NCBI GenBank assembly: GCA_963666515.2
Contig: OY762897.2
Location: 3,936,001-4,000,000, forward strand
From: Candidatus Binatia bacterium
Lineage (GTDB): Bacteria; Desulfobacterota; Binatia; UBA9968; JAJDTQ01
Direction of reading: 5' to 3'
Length of the DNA stretch: 64,000 nt
The notes below the pieces were generated by a model. The model saw only the letters and a list, made by a program, of their open reading frames with translations, ran no database searches and was not told where the DNA came from. Shown here piece by piece: positions 1-12,000 of the stretch. Positions within the stretch are counted from its first letter, which is position 1. Each line of letters starts with the position of its first letter. Both the position numbers and the translations under genes were made by a program.

Positions 1-3000
1 TTGTCGGAGAGGAAGCAGCGTGTGCTGCTGGCGGTGGATGAGAAGTGGGGACAGGAGGGAGAGGCGGACGCGGCGGGGGTGGAGGTGTTCAGGCTGGAGC
101 AGCGGAGCCGGGAGAGCTGGCGCAGTTTGCTGGAAGGAGTTGTCGGGGAAGGCGGCGGTGTGCGCGGGGTGGTGCACGTGGGGGGAATGAGCGGACAAGG
201 GGAGGGAGCGGGTAGTGAGGAGATGGCGGCGGACGTGCGGGAGTCGTTGGGGAGCGGCCTTGCGCTGGTGCAGGGGCTGCTGGACGCGGGAGTGGAGCCG
301 GGGGACGGGTTGTGGCTGGTGACGCGCGGCGGGCAGGTGTTGGGGGGAGAGGGAGGTGGAGAGTTGATCGGGTCGGTGATGTGGGGATTCGGGCGGACGT
401 TGTGGTGGGAGGCGGGTCAGTTGAGGGCGCGGCTGGTGGACCTGGACCCTGCGGAGCCGGGGAGCGGGTTCGGGGTGCTGGCGGATGAGCTTTTGAACCC
501 GGACCGGGAGCGGGAGATCGCGTACCGGGGCGGGGTGAGGCAGGTGCTGCGGCTGGCGCGTGTCGGCAGGGCGGGGAAGGCCGCGGGCGAGGGCGGGTTG
601 TTGCGGGGAGACGGGACGTACCTGGTGACCGGGGGCATGGGAGGCATCGGGCTGGAGGTGGCGGGCTGGCTGGCGGACCACGGGGCGCGGAGCATGGTGT
701 TGAACGGCCGGCGTGAGCCGGAGGGGGCGGCGATGGTGGCGGTGGAAGCATTGCGGGAGCGGGGAGTGGATGTGCGAGTGGAGTTGGCGGACGTGGCGGA
801 CGGGGATGCGGTGGCGGCGATGGTGGAACGGATGGACCGCGAGTTGCCGCCACTGGCGGGGGTGTTCCACAGCGTGGGTGTGTTGGCGGACGGGGCGTTG
901 GGGAATCAGGACTGGGGTCGGTTCGAGCGTGTGCTGTGGCCGAAGGTGTTGGGGGCATGGCATCTGCACCGTGCGACGGAAGCGCGGGAGTTGGACCTGT
1001 TCGTGCTGTTTTCGAGCGTGACGGGGGTGTTGGGGAACGCGGGACAGGCGAACCATGCGGCGGCGAATGCGTTTTTGGACCAGTTGGCGCGGCATCGGCG
1101 GGCCTTGGGTCTGGCGGGGCAGTCGATCGCGTGGGGGGCATGGTCGGGGGTGGGCGAGGCGGAGGAGCAGCGGGAGCGGATCGGGGAGCGGCTGGCGGCC
1201 TCGGGAGCCGGCTGGATGACGCCGCGGCAGGGACTGGGGGTGTTGGAGCGGGTGGTTCGTGGGGGCGAGGCGACGAGCGTGGCGACGATGATGGACTGGG
1301 AGTCGTATGGGGCGGGGCCGCGGGACGTGCCGCCGTTGCTGGAGGAGTTGGTGACGGTGTCGGGCGTGGGAGAGGGGGCGAGCCGTGCGGGAGAGTTGCT
1401 GGATCGGGTGAGGGAGGCGGCGGCGTCGGAGCGGGAGGGTTTGTTGCTGGAGTTCGTTCAGGGGGAGTTGCAGGAGGTGTTGCAGACGAGGTCGTTGCCG
1501 GCGGCGGGTGTGGGTTTTTTCGATTTGGGGATGGACTCGTTGATGGCGGTGGATTTTCGGAACCGGTTGAACCGGGGATTGGGAGGGGCGGTGGTGTTGT
1601 CGAGCACGGTGGTTTTCGACCACGGGAGCGCGGCGGCGTTGGCTCGGCACTTGGCGGAGGAGTTGGGGGTTCGCGAGGTTTCGGAGGGGGTGTTGCGTCG
1701 GCGGCGTGTGGTGGGCGGCGGGGAGGATGGGATTGCGGTGGTGGGTATGGCGTGCCGTTTCCCCGGAGGCGGAGGCGTGGACGGGTTCTGGCGGCTGCTG
1801 GATTCCGGCGGAGATGCCGTCACGAACGGACGGGTGAACCCGCCGGGCGGGCCTTACGGGGTGGTGGCGTCGGGAGACGGACCGTCGATTCGCTGGGGCG
1901 GTTTCATCGAGGACGTGGAGCTGTTCGATGCGGAGTTTTTCCGGATCGCGCCGGTGGAGGCGCGGTTGCTGGACCCGCAGCAGCGGTTGCTGCTGGAGAC
2001 GAGTTGGGAGGCGCTGGAATCGGCGGGGATCGACGCGGGGCGTCTCAGGGGAAGCCCGACCGGGGTGTACGCGGGGATCTCCAACAACGACTACGCGGAG
2101 GTGGTGACGCGGGAAGATGCCGTAAGCCCGTACATGGTCACGGGCAACAGCGGCGCCACGGCCATCGGCCGGGTGGCGTTCACGCTGGGGCTGGAGGGAC
2201 CGGCCGTGGCGGTGGACACGGTGTGCTCGTCGGCCCTGGTGGCGGTGCACCAGGCGGTGCTGGGTTTGCAGCGTGGAGATGCGGATCTGGCGCTGGCGGG
2301 CGGGGTGAACGTGCTCTTGTCGGCGACCGTGACCGAATCGGTTGTGAGGGCGGGGATGCTGTCGCCGGACGGGCGCTGCAAGACGTTCGACGCGTCGGCG
2401 GACGGGTTCGTGCGGGGCGAGGGGTGCGGGATGGTGGTGCTGAAGCGGCTGCGGGACGCGGAGGCGGACGGGGACCGGATCTGGGGCGTGATCCGGGGTT
2501 CGGCCATAAACCACGACGGCGCGAGCGCCGGCCTGACGGTGCCGAACGGGTCGGCGCAGGAGCGTGTGATCCGGGAAGCGCTGAGACGGGCGGGGCTGGA
2601 GTCCTGGGAGGTGGATTACCTGGAGGCGCACGGCACCGGGACGGAGTTGGGGGACCCGATCGAAATTCATGCGGCTGCGGCGGTGTACGGGGCGGGGCGG
2701 GATGGGGCGCAGCCGTTGCGGGTGGGGTCGGTGAAGACGAACGTGGGGCACCTGGAGGCGGCTGCGGGGGTGGCGGGTTTGATGAAGGTGCTGCTGTCCA
2801 TGAATCATGGGGTGATCCCGAAGCACCTGCACTTCCGGGAGCCGAACCCCCACGTGGACTGGGAGCGGCTGCCGTTGCGGGTGGCGTCGGAGCCGGAGGT
2901 CTGGCCGCGGAGGGAGGGGCGTCCGGCGCGCGCTGCGGTGAGTTCGTTCGGGGTATCGGGGACCAACGCTCACGTGGTGGTGGAGGGATACGGCGACGCC

Positions 3001-6000
3001 GCGGGGCCGGAGGAGGACAGGTTGCCGGGAGGGCCGGCGGTAGCGGTGGGGTGGCCGGAAGGAGCATCGGAGTATCGGCCGGCGGAGGGAGCCGGCGGTG
3101 TGACGGGGGCGCGGGAGCGGCGGCTGCTGCCGTTGTCCGGGCACACGGAAAAGGCTTTGCGCGCCCTGGCGGCGCGCTATGCGGAGTGGCTGGAGGAACG
3201 TGCCGGGCTGTCGTCGTCGGCCGACACCGATGGCGGCGATTCGGGTCCGGCCGGCGCGGATCCGTTGGCGGACGTGGCGTGGACCGCAGCGGTCGGGCGG
3301 AGCCATCACGGTCGCCGCGCTGCGGTAACGTTCGGTGGGGCGGAGGAGTTGCGCGAGAAGCTCGCCGGGCTTGCGGCCGGCGGATCGGCGTCCGAAGCGG
3401 CGGTGGGGGCGAGGGCCGTGGGGGAGAGCGGCGAGGTGAGGAAGGTGGCGTTCCTGTTCACCGGGCAGGGGAGCCAGTGGGCGGGCATGGGCCGCGAGCT
3501 CTACCGGCGGGAGCCGGTTTTCTGCGCGGTGCTGGACCGTTGCGAAGAGGCGTTTCGAGGGCTGCGTGGCGAGTCTTTGCTGGCGGTGATGTTCGGGGAA
3601 GGCGGGGACCGCGGGTCCCTGGACGACACGCGCTGGACGCAGCCTGCGCTGTACGCCTTGGAGGCGGGGCTGGCGGCGTTGTGGGGGAGCGTGGGGGTGA
3701 GGCCGGCTGCGGTGCTGGGGCACAGCGTGGGGGAGATCGCGGCGGCGTACGCTGCGGGGGTGTTCTCGCTGGAGGCGGGGATGCGGTTTGCGGCGAGGCG
3801 CGGGGAGTTGATGGGGTCGTTGCCGGCTGCGGGGCCGGATGCGGGGGCGATGGCAGCGGTGTTTGCGCCGGCGGCAGGAGTGGAGGCTCTGGTGGCGGCG
3901 GTGAACGTGGAGATGGGGAGCGAGCGCTTGGGCATGGCGGCGTACAACGGAGCACACCAGGTGGTGAGCGGGCTGGCGGGAGCAGTGGAGGCGATGCTGG
4001 AGCGGTGCGCGCGGGAAGGGGTGCGCGCGGAGCGTTTGCGTGTGAGCCAGGGGTTCCACAGCGTTCTGATGGATCCGATCCTCGATGAGTTGGAGGGTTT
4101 GCTGGCGGGGGTGGACGTGACGGGGCCGGCGGTGGCGCTGGTCAGCGACGTGACCGGCGGAGTGCTGCCGGCGGGGGAGGCGATGGACGGGGCCTACTGG
4201 CGGCGGCAGGCGCGGGAGCCGGTGGCGTTCGGCGCCGGGGTGGCGGCGTTGGCGGGGATGGGAGTGGACGTGCTGGTGGAGTTGGGACCGCGGCCGGTGC
4301 TGGGAGGGATGGCGGCGCTGGCCTGGCCGGTGGAGGAGGGTGGAGGGAACGTCTCCGGGGAGCCGGGCGCGCGGTTCGGGGGACCGGTGGTGCTGACGAG
4401 TCTGAAGGGGCGTGGCGGCGGTGGCGGGGATGGGTCTTCGGACGGGGGCTTCGTGGAAGCGGTGGGAGGTGCGTACGCGTCGGGATTGGCGCTGGGCTTC
4501 GAGGGGTTGTTCGTGGGCGAGGAGCGCCGCCGGGTGTCGTTGCCCGGCTATCCGTTTCAGCGGCAGCGTTACTGGGCGGACGCTCCGAGACGGCGCCGCC
4601 GGGCCGGGGGTTTGGAGCACCCGTTGCTGGGAGAGCGGCGGGAGTTGCCGGGGGGGGAGACGACGTTCGAGACGGAGTTGTACGCGACGGAGCCGGCGTG
4701 GCTGTCGGAGCACCGGGTATTCGGGCAGGTGGCGGCGCCGGGGGCGATGTACGGGGCGATGGCGCTGAGCGCGGCGTCGCTGACGGGAGGGTCGAGGTAC
4801 GGCAGTGTGACGGGCGGCGGGGTGGCGGTGGAGGAGGTGCAGATTCATGCGCCGCTGGTGTTGCCGGAAGGGGAGGGTGATGGTGACGAGCCGGGCCGTA
4901 CGGTGTTTGTGGCGGTGGCGGCGATGGAGGCGGGGGGGTCGCGGCCGGTGAAGATCTACAGCAAGGGGGAGGACGAGAAGGAATGGACCCTGCACGCGGA
5001 AGCCCGGACGGGTGGCGGCGACGCGGTGCGGCAAGCGCCGGCCCGGTTGGACGTGGAGGCGTTGAAGAAGGGTCTGTCGGAACTGGACACCGCGGAGTTC
5101 TATCGCGGGTTTGCGGCCGCGGGGGTGGAGTTCGGGGGGAGTTTTCGGACGGTGCAGGGGTTGTGGCGCGGTCCGGGCGAGGCAGTGGGCGACGTGTGCT
5201 TGGGGGAGGGATGGAAGGATGGGGAGGCGGGTCTCCATCCGGTGTTGCTGGACGGGTGTTTTCAGGTGCTGGGGGCGGCGTTGGGGGCGGGCGCGGAGGA
5301 AGAGGGGCGGGGAACCGCGGCAGGCGGGGCGACGTACCTGCCTTTCGGCTGGGAGCGGTTGTGGGTGGAGGGGGAGATGCCGGAGCGTGTGACGTGCCAC
5401 GCGCGGGTGTGCGGGGTGGATGGCGGCGGCGACGGAGGCGATGAGGGGAAGGGGTCGCCGGCGGAGGTCGTGACCGCGGACCTGTGTCTGTACGGCGATG
5501 ACGGCCGGTTGGTGGGGGAGGTATCGGGTCTGGTGCTGAAGCGGGCGAGCCGGTCGGCGTTTCTGTCCGGGGCGGTTCGGACGGAGGATCTGTTGTATGC
5601 GCCGGTGTGGCGTAAGGCGGGGTTGGAGGGGGAGGTGAGAGAGGCGGATTTTCTGGTGTCGCCGGCGGAGGCGGAGGAGGAGTCGGGGTTGTGGGTGTTG
5701 TCGTCGGACGATGATGGCGAGGGGTTGTCGTTGGCGGAGGAGTTGGCGGGGCGGAACCAGCGGGTGGTGTTGGCGGTGGGCGAGGGGGCGGCGGGGGTGG
5801 AGGGGCCGGGAGTGCGAGGGGTGGAGGTGGTCGGGCTGGACATGAGGAGCCGGGGGGGATGGCACAGGTTGCTGGAGGGGTTGCCGGAGGAAGCACGGTT
5901 GCGGGGAGTGGTGCACCTGGGGGCGTTGTCGGGGCACGGGAGCGGGGCGGGATCAGCGGAGTTGGCGGCGGACGTGGAGCGCGGGACGGGAAGCGCGTTG

Positions 6001-9000
6001 GCGCTGGCGCAGGGACTGGTGGACGCGGGCATTGAGCCGAGCGGGGGCATGTGGCTGGTGACGCGGGGGGCGCAGGTGGTGGACGGCGAGCGCGGGGGGG
6101 AGTTGTCGGGGTCGGCGCTGTGGGGGCTGGGAAAGACGCTGGCGCTGGAAGCGGGACAACTGAAGCCCCGGCTGGTGGACCTGGACCCGGAAGATGAGAC
6201 CGGGAGTGGAGTGTTGGTGGAGGAATTGCTGCATCCGGACCGGGAGACGGAGGTGGCGTATCGGGGCGGCAGCCGGCGGGTGCTGCGGCTGGTGCGAGGT
6301 GGAACGCGGCTGGTGCTGCCGGAGGGAGCGGATTGGCGGCTGGTTTCGGGTGCGGACGGACTGTTGGAGAGCGTAAGGGCGGAGCGGGTTCCGGCGCGGG
6401 CTCTGGGGTCCGGGGAGTTGCGGGTGGCGGTGGAGGCTGCGGGACTGAACTTTCGAGACGTGATGGTGGCGCTGAGGCTGGTGGACCTGGATGCTTCCCT
6501 GGGAGGCGAGTTTTGCGGGCGGGTGCTGGAGGTGGGCGCGGAGGTGACGGGCTTCTCGGCTGGCGACCGGGTGGTGGGCTTCGCTCCCGGTGGGTTGGGG
6601 CCGGAGGCGGTGACGCGAGCGGAGGTGGTGGCGCGGGCGCCGGCGGGGATGACGCCGGCGGAGTTGGCGACGGTTCCGGTAGTGTTCACGACGGTGGCGC
6701 TGGCGTTCGAGTTGTCGGGTCTGAAGGGTGGGGAGCGGGTGCTGGTGCACGCCGGTGCGGGGGGAGTGGGTTTGGCGGCGATCCAGATGGCGCAGAGTCT
6801 GGGGGCGGAGGTGTATGCGACGGCGAGTGCGCCGAAGCGGCGTTACCTGGAGTCGCTGGGGGTGGCGGAAGTGTTCGACAGCCGGAGCACGCGGTTCGGG
6901 GAGGAGGTTCTGGGGGCGACGGGTGGAGAGGGCGTGGACGTGGTGCTGAACAGTCTGACGGGGGAGGGCTTCATCGAGGCGAGCCTGTGGTGCCTGAAGG
7001 AGGGTGGGCGGTTTGTGGAGATCGGCAAGCGGGGGATATGGAGCGAGGAGGGGATGAGGAAGGCGCGTCCGGACGTGGACTACCATGTATTGGCGCTGGA
7101 CCGATTGCTGGAGGCGGAGCCGGGGCGAGTGGGCAGGGTGTTGCGGGGAGTGACGGAGCGGGTGGGAGCGGCGGAGCTGCAGCCGTTGCGGCGGAGCGTG
7201 TGGGGAATGGGAGAGGCGGTGGAGGCGATGGAGTACATGAGTTCGGGGCGTCACGTGGGCAAGCTGGTGCTGCGTGTATCGTCCGGAGGGCTGCGGGAGG
7301 ACGGGACGTATCTGGTGACGGGGGGGCTGGGGGGCATCGGGTTGGAGTTGGCAGGGTGGCTGGCGGACCACGGGGCGCGGAGCATGGTGTTGAACGGCCG
7401 GCGTGAGCCGGAGGGGGCGGCGATGGCGGCGGTGGAAGCATTGCGGGAGCGGGGAGTGGATGTGCGAGTGGAGTTGGCGGACGTGGCGGATGGGGATGCG
7501 GTGGCGGCGATGGTGGAACGGATGGACCGCGAGTTGCCGCCACTGGCGGGGGTGTTCCACAGCGTGGGTGTGTTGGCGGACGGGGCGTTGGGGAATCAGG
7601 ACTGGGGTCGGTTCGAGCGTGTGCTGTGGCCGAAGGTGTTGGGGGCATGGCATCTGCACCGTGCGACGGAAGCGCGGGAGTTGGACCTGTTCGTGCTGTT
7701 TTCGAGCGTGACGGGGGTGTTGGGGAACGCGGGACAGGCGAACCATGCGGCGGCGAATGCGTTTTTGGACCAGTTGGCGCGGCATCGGCGGGCCTTGGGT
7801 CTGGCGGGGCAGTCGATCGCGTGGGGGGCATGGTCGGGGGTGGGCGAGGCGGAGGAGCAGCGGGAGCGGATCGGGGAGCGGCTGGCGGCCTCGGGAGCCG
7901 GCTGGATGACGCCGCGGCAGGGACTGGGGGTGTTGGAGCGGGTGGTTCGTGGGGGCGAGGCGACGAGCGTGGCGACGATGATGGACTGGGAGTCGTATGG
8001 GGCGGGGCCGCGGGACGTGCCGCCGTTGCTGGAGGAGTTGGTGACGGTGTCGGGCGTGGGAGAGGGGGCGAGCCGTGCGGGAGAGTTGCTGGATCGGGTG
8101 AGGGAGGCGGCGGCGTCGGAGCGGGAGGGTTTGTTGCTGGAGTTCGTTCAGGGGGAGTTGCAGGAGGTGTTGCAGACGAGGTCGTTGCCGGCGGCGGGTG
8201 TGGGTTTTTTCGATTTGGGGATGGACTCGTTGATGGCGGTGGATTTTCGGAACCGGTTGAACCGGGGATTGGGAGGGGCGGTGGTGTTGTCGAGCACGGT
8301 GGTTTTCGACCACGGGAGCGCGGCGGCGTTGGCTCGGCACTTGGCGGAGGAGTTGGGGGTTCGCGAGGTTTCGGAGGGGGTGTTGCGTCGGCGGCGTGTG
8401 GTGGGCGGCGGGGAGGATGGGATTGCGGTGGTGGGTATGGCGTGCCGTTTCCCCGGAGGCGGAGGCGTGGACGGGTTCTGGCGGCTGCTGGACTCCGGCG
8501 GAGATGCCGTCACGAACGGCCGCGGGACGCAGGCTGGCGGAGGCCGGACCGGGCAGGTCCTGGAAGGATCGTGGACGGGCTGGGGCGGTTTCATCGAGGA
8601 CGTGGAGCTGTTCGATGCGGAGTTTTTCCGGATCGCGCCGGTGGAGGCGCGGTTGCTGGACCCGCAGCATCGGCTGCTGCTGGAGACGAGTTGGGAGGCA
8701 TTGGAGTCCGCGGGAATGGACACGGGGCGCCTGAAGGGCAGCCGGACGGGGGTCTATGCGGGGATATCCGGCAATGCCTACGGGAGCCTGGCGGCGGTGG
8801 TGAAGGAGGAGTCGGCGAACCTGTACCTAGCCACGGGGAACAGCGGCGCCACGGCCATCGGCCGGGTGGCGTTCACGCTGGGGCTGGAGGGACCGGCCGT
8901 GGCGGTGGACACGGCGTGCTCGGCGTCCTTGGTGGCGGTGCACCAGGCGGTGTCGGGCTTGCGTACGGGCGATGCGGATCTGGCGTTGGCCGGGGGAGTG

Positions 9001-12000
9001 AATGTACTGCTGTCGCTGGGGGCGGAGGAGTTCAGCGTCGAGGGGATGCTGTCGCCGGACGGGCGGTGCAAGACGTTCGACGCGTCGGCGGACGGGTTCG
9101 TGCGGGGCGAGGGGTGCGGGATGGTGGTGCTGAAGCGGCTGCGGGACGCGGAGGCGGACGGGGACCGGATCTGGGGCGTGATCCGGGGTTCGGCCATAAA
9201 CCACGACGGCGCGAGCGCCGGCCTGACGGTGCCGAACGGGTCGGCGCAGGAGCGTGTGATCCGGGAAGCGCTGAGACGGGCGGGGCTGGAGTCCTGGGAG
9301 GTGGATTACCTGGAGGCGCACGGCACCGGGACGGAGTTGGGGGACCCGATCGAAATTCATGCGGCTGCGGCGGTGTACGGGGCGGGGCGGGATGGGGCGC
9401 AGCCGTTGCGGGTGGGGTCGGTGAAGACGAACGTGGGGCACCTGGAGGCGGCTGCGGGGGTGGCGGGTTTGATGAAGGTGCTGCTGTCCATGAATCATGG
9501 GGTGATCCCGAAGCACCTGCACTTCCGGGAGCCGAACCCCCACATGGACTGGGAGCGGCTGCTGGTGCGGGTGGCGTCGGAGCCGGAGGCTTGGCCGCGG
9601 AGGGAGGGGCGTCCGGCGCGCGCTGCGGTGAGTTCGTTCGGGATATCGGGGACCAACGCTCACGTGGTTCTGGAGGAATACGGTGAAGCCGCGGGGCCGG
9701 AGGAGGACAGGTTGCCGGGAGGGCCGGCGGTAACGGTGGGGTGGCCGGAAGGGACAGACGAGGGCCGGCCGGAGGCGAACGGCGGCATGGGGACGGCGGA
9801 GCGGGCGCGCCGTGTGCTGGCGCTGTCGGGTCGGACGGAAGGGGCGGTGCGGGAGTTGGCGGGTCGGTACGTGGAGTGGCTGGAAGAGCGCGCCGGGTTG
9901 CTGTCCCCCGTCGACGCCGAATGCGAGAGGGGTGCGTCTTCGGGTCGGGAGTTGCTGGCGGACATGGCCTGGACCGCGGGAGTGGGGCGGAGCCATCACG
10001 GCTGCCGCGCGGGGCTGACGTTCGGGGAGGCGGGGGAGTTGCGGGAGAAGCTGGCGGGGTTGGCGAGCGGGAGCGACGCGGGTCCGGGGGTATCGACGGC
10101 ACGGGAGACGGGAGGAGCGCCGAAGGTGGGGTTTCTGTTCACGGGCCAGGGGAGCCAGTGGGCGGGTATGGGACGGGATCTGTACGAGGGGGAGGCGGTG
10201 TTCCGGGCGGTGTTGGACCGCTGCGAGGAAGAGGTGAAGCGTCTGCGTGGCGAGTCTTTGCTGGCGGTCATGTTCGGGGAAGGGGGGGACCGCGGGTCCC
10301 TGGACGACACGCGTTGGACGCAGCCTGCGCTGTACGCCTTGGAGGCGGGGTTGGCGGCGTTGTGGGGGAGCGTGGGGGTGAGGCCGGCTGCGGTGCTGGG
10401 GCACAGCGTTGGGGAGATCGCGGCGGCGTACGCCGCGGGGGTGTTCTCGCTGGAGGCGGGGATGCGGTTTGCGGCGAGGCGCGGGGAGTTGATGGGGTCG
10501 TTGCCGGATGCGGGGCCGGCGGCGGGGGCGATGGCAGCGGTGTTTGCGCCGGCGGCAGGAGTGGAGGCGCTGGTGGCGGTGGTGAACGGGGAGATGGGGA
10601 GCGAGCGCTTGGGCATGGCGGCGTACAACGGAGCACACCAGGTGGTGAGCGGGCGGGCGGGAGCAGTGGAGGAGATGCTGGAGCGGTGCGCGCGGGAAGG
10701 GGTGCGCGCGGAGCGTTTGCGGGTGAGCCACGGGTTCCACAGCGTTCTGATGGATCCGATCCTCGAGGAGTTGGAGGGTTTGCTGGCGGGGGTGGACGTG
10801 ACGGCGCCGGCGGTGGCGCTGGTCAGCGACGTGACCGGCGGAGTGCTGCCGGCGGGGGAGGCGATGGACGGGGCCTACTGGCGGCGGCAGGCGCGGGAGC
10901 CGGTGGCGTTCGGCGCCGGCGTGGCGGCGTTGGCGGGGATGGGAGTGGACGTGCTGGTGGAGTTGGGACCGCGGCCGGTGCTGGGAGGGATGGCGGCGCT
11001 GGCCTGGCCGGTGGAGGAGGGGGGAGGGAACGTCTCCGGGGAGCCGGGCGCGCGGTTCGGGGGACCGGTGGTGCTGACGAGTCTGAAGGGACGTGCTGGC
11101 GGTGACGGGGATGGATCTTCGGACGGGGGCTTCGTGGAAGCGGTGGGAGGCGCGTACGCGTCGGGATTGGCGCTGGGCTTCGAGGGGTTGTTCGTGGGCG
11201 AGGAGCGCCGCCGGGTGTCGTTGCCCGGCTATCCGTTTCAGCGGCAGCGTTACTGGGCGGACGCGCCGAGACGGCGCCGCCGGGCCGGGGGTTTGGACCA
11301 CCCGTTGCTGGGCGAGCGGCGGGAGTTGCCGGGCGGCGAGACGACGTTCGAGACGGAGTTGTACGCGACGGAGCCGGCGTGGCTGTCGGACCACCGGGTA
11401 TTCGGGCAGGTGGCGGCGCCGGGGGCGATGTACGGGGCGATGGCGCTGAGCGCGGCGTCGCTGGCGGGAGGGTCGAGGTACGGCAGTGTGACGAGCGGCG
11501 GGGTGGCGGTGGAGGAGGTGCAGATTCATGCGCCGCTGGTGTTGCCGGAAGGGGAGGGCGATGGTGACGAGCCGGGCCGTACGGTGTTTGTGGCGGTGGC
11601 GGCGATGGAGGCGGCGGGGTCGCGGCCGGTGAAGATCTACAGCAAGGGGGAGGACGAGAAGGCATGGACCCTGCACGCGGAAGCCCGGACGGGTGGCGGC
11701 GACGCGGTGCGGCAAGCGCCGGCCCGGTTGGACGTGGAGGCGTTGAAGAAGGGTCTGTCGGAACTGGACACCGCGGAGTTCTATCGCGGGTTTGCGGCCG
11801 CGGGGGTGGAGTTGGGGGGGAGTTTCCGGACGGTGCAGGGGTTGTGGCGCGGTCCGGGCGAGGCAGTGGGCGACGTGTGCCTGGGGGAGGGGTGGAAGGA
11901 TGGGGAGGCGGGGCTCCATCCGGTGTTGCTGGACGGGTGTTTTCAGGTGCTGGGGGCGGCGTTGGGGGCGGGCGCGGAGGAAGAGGGGCGGGAAACCGCG

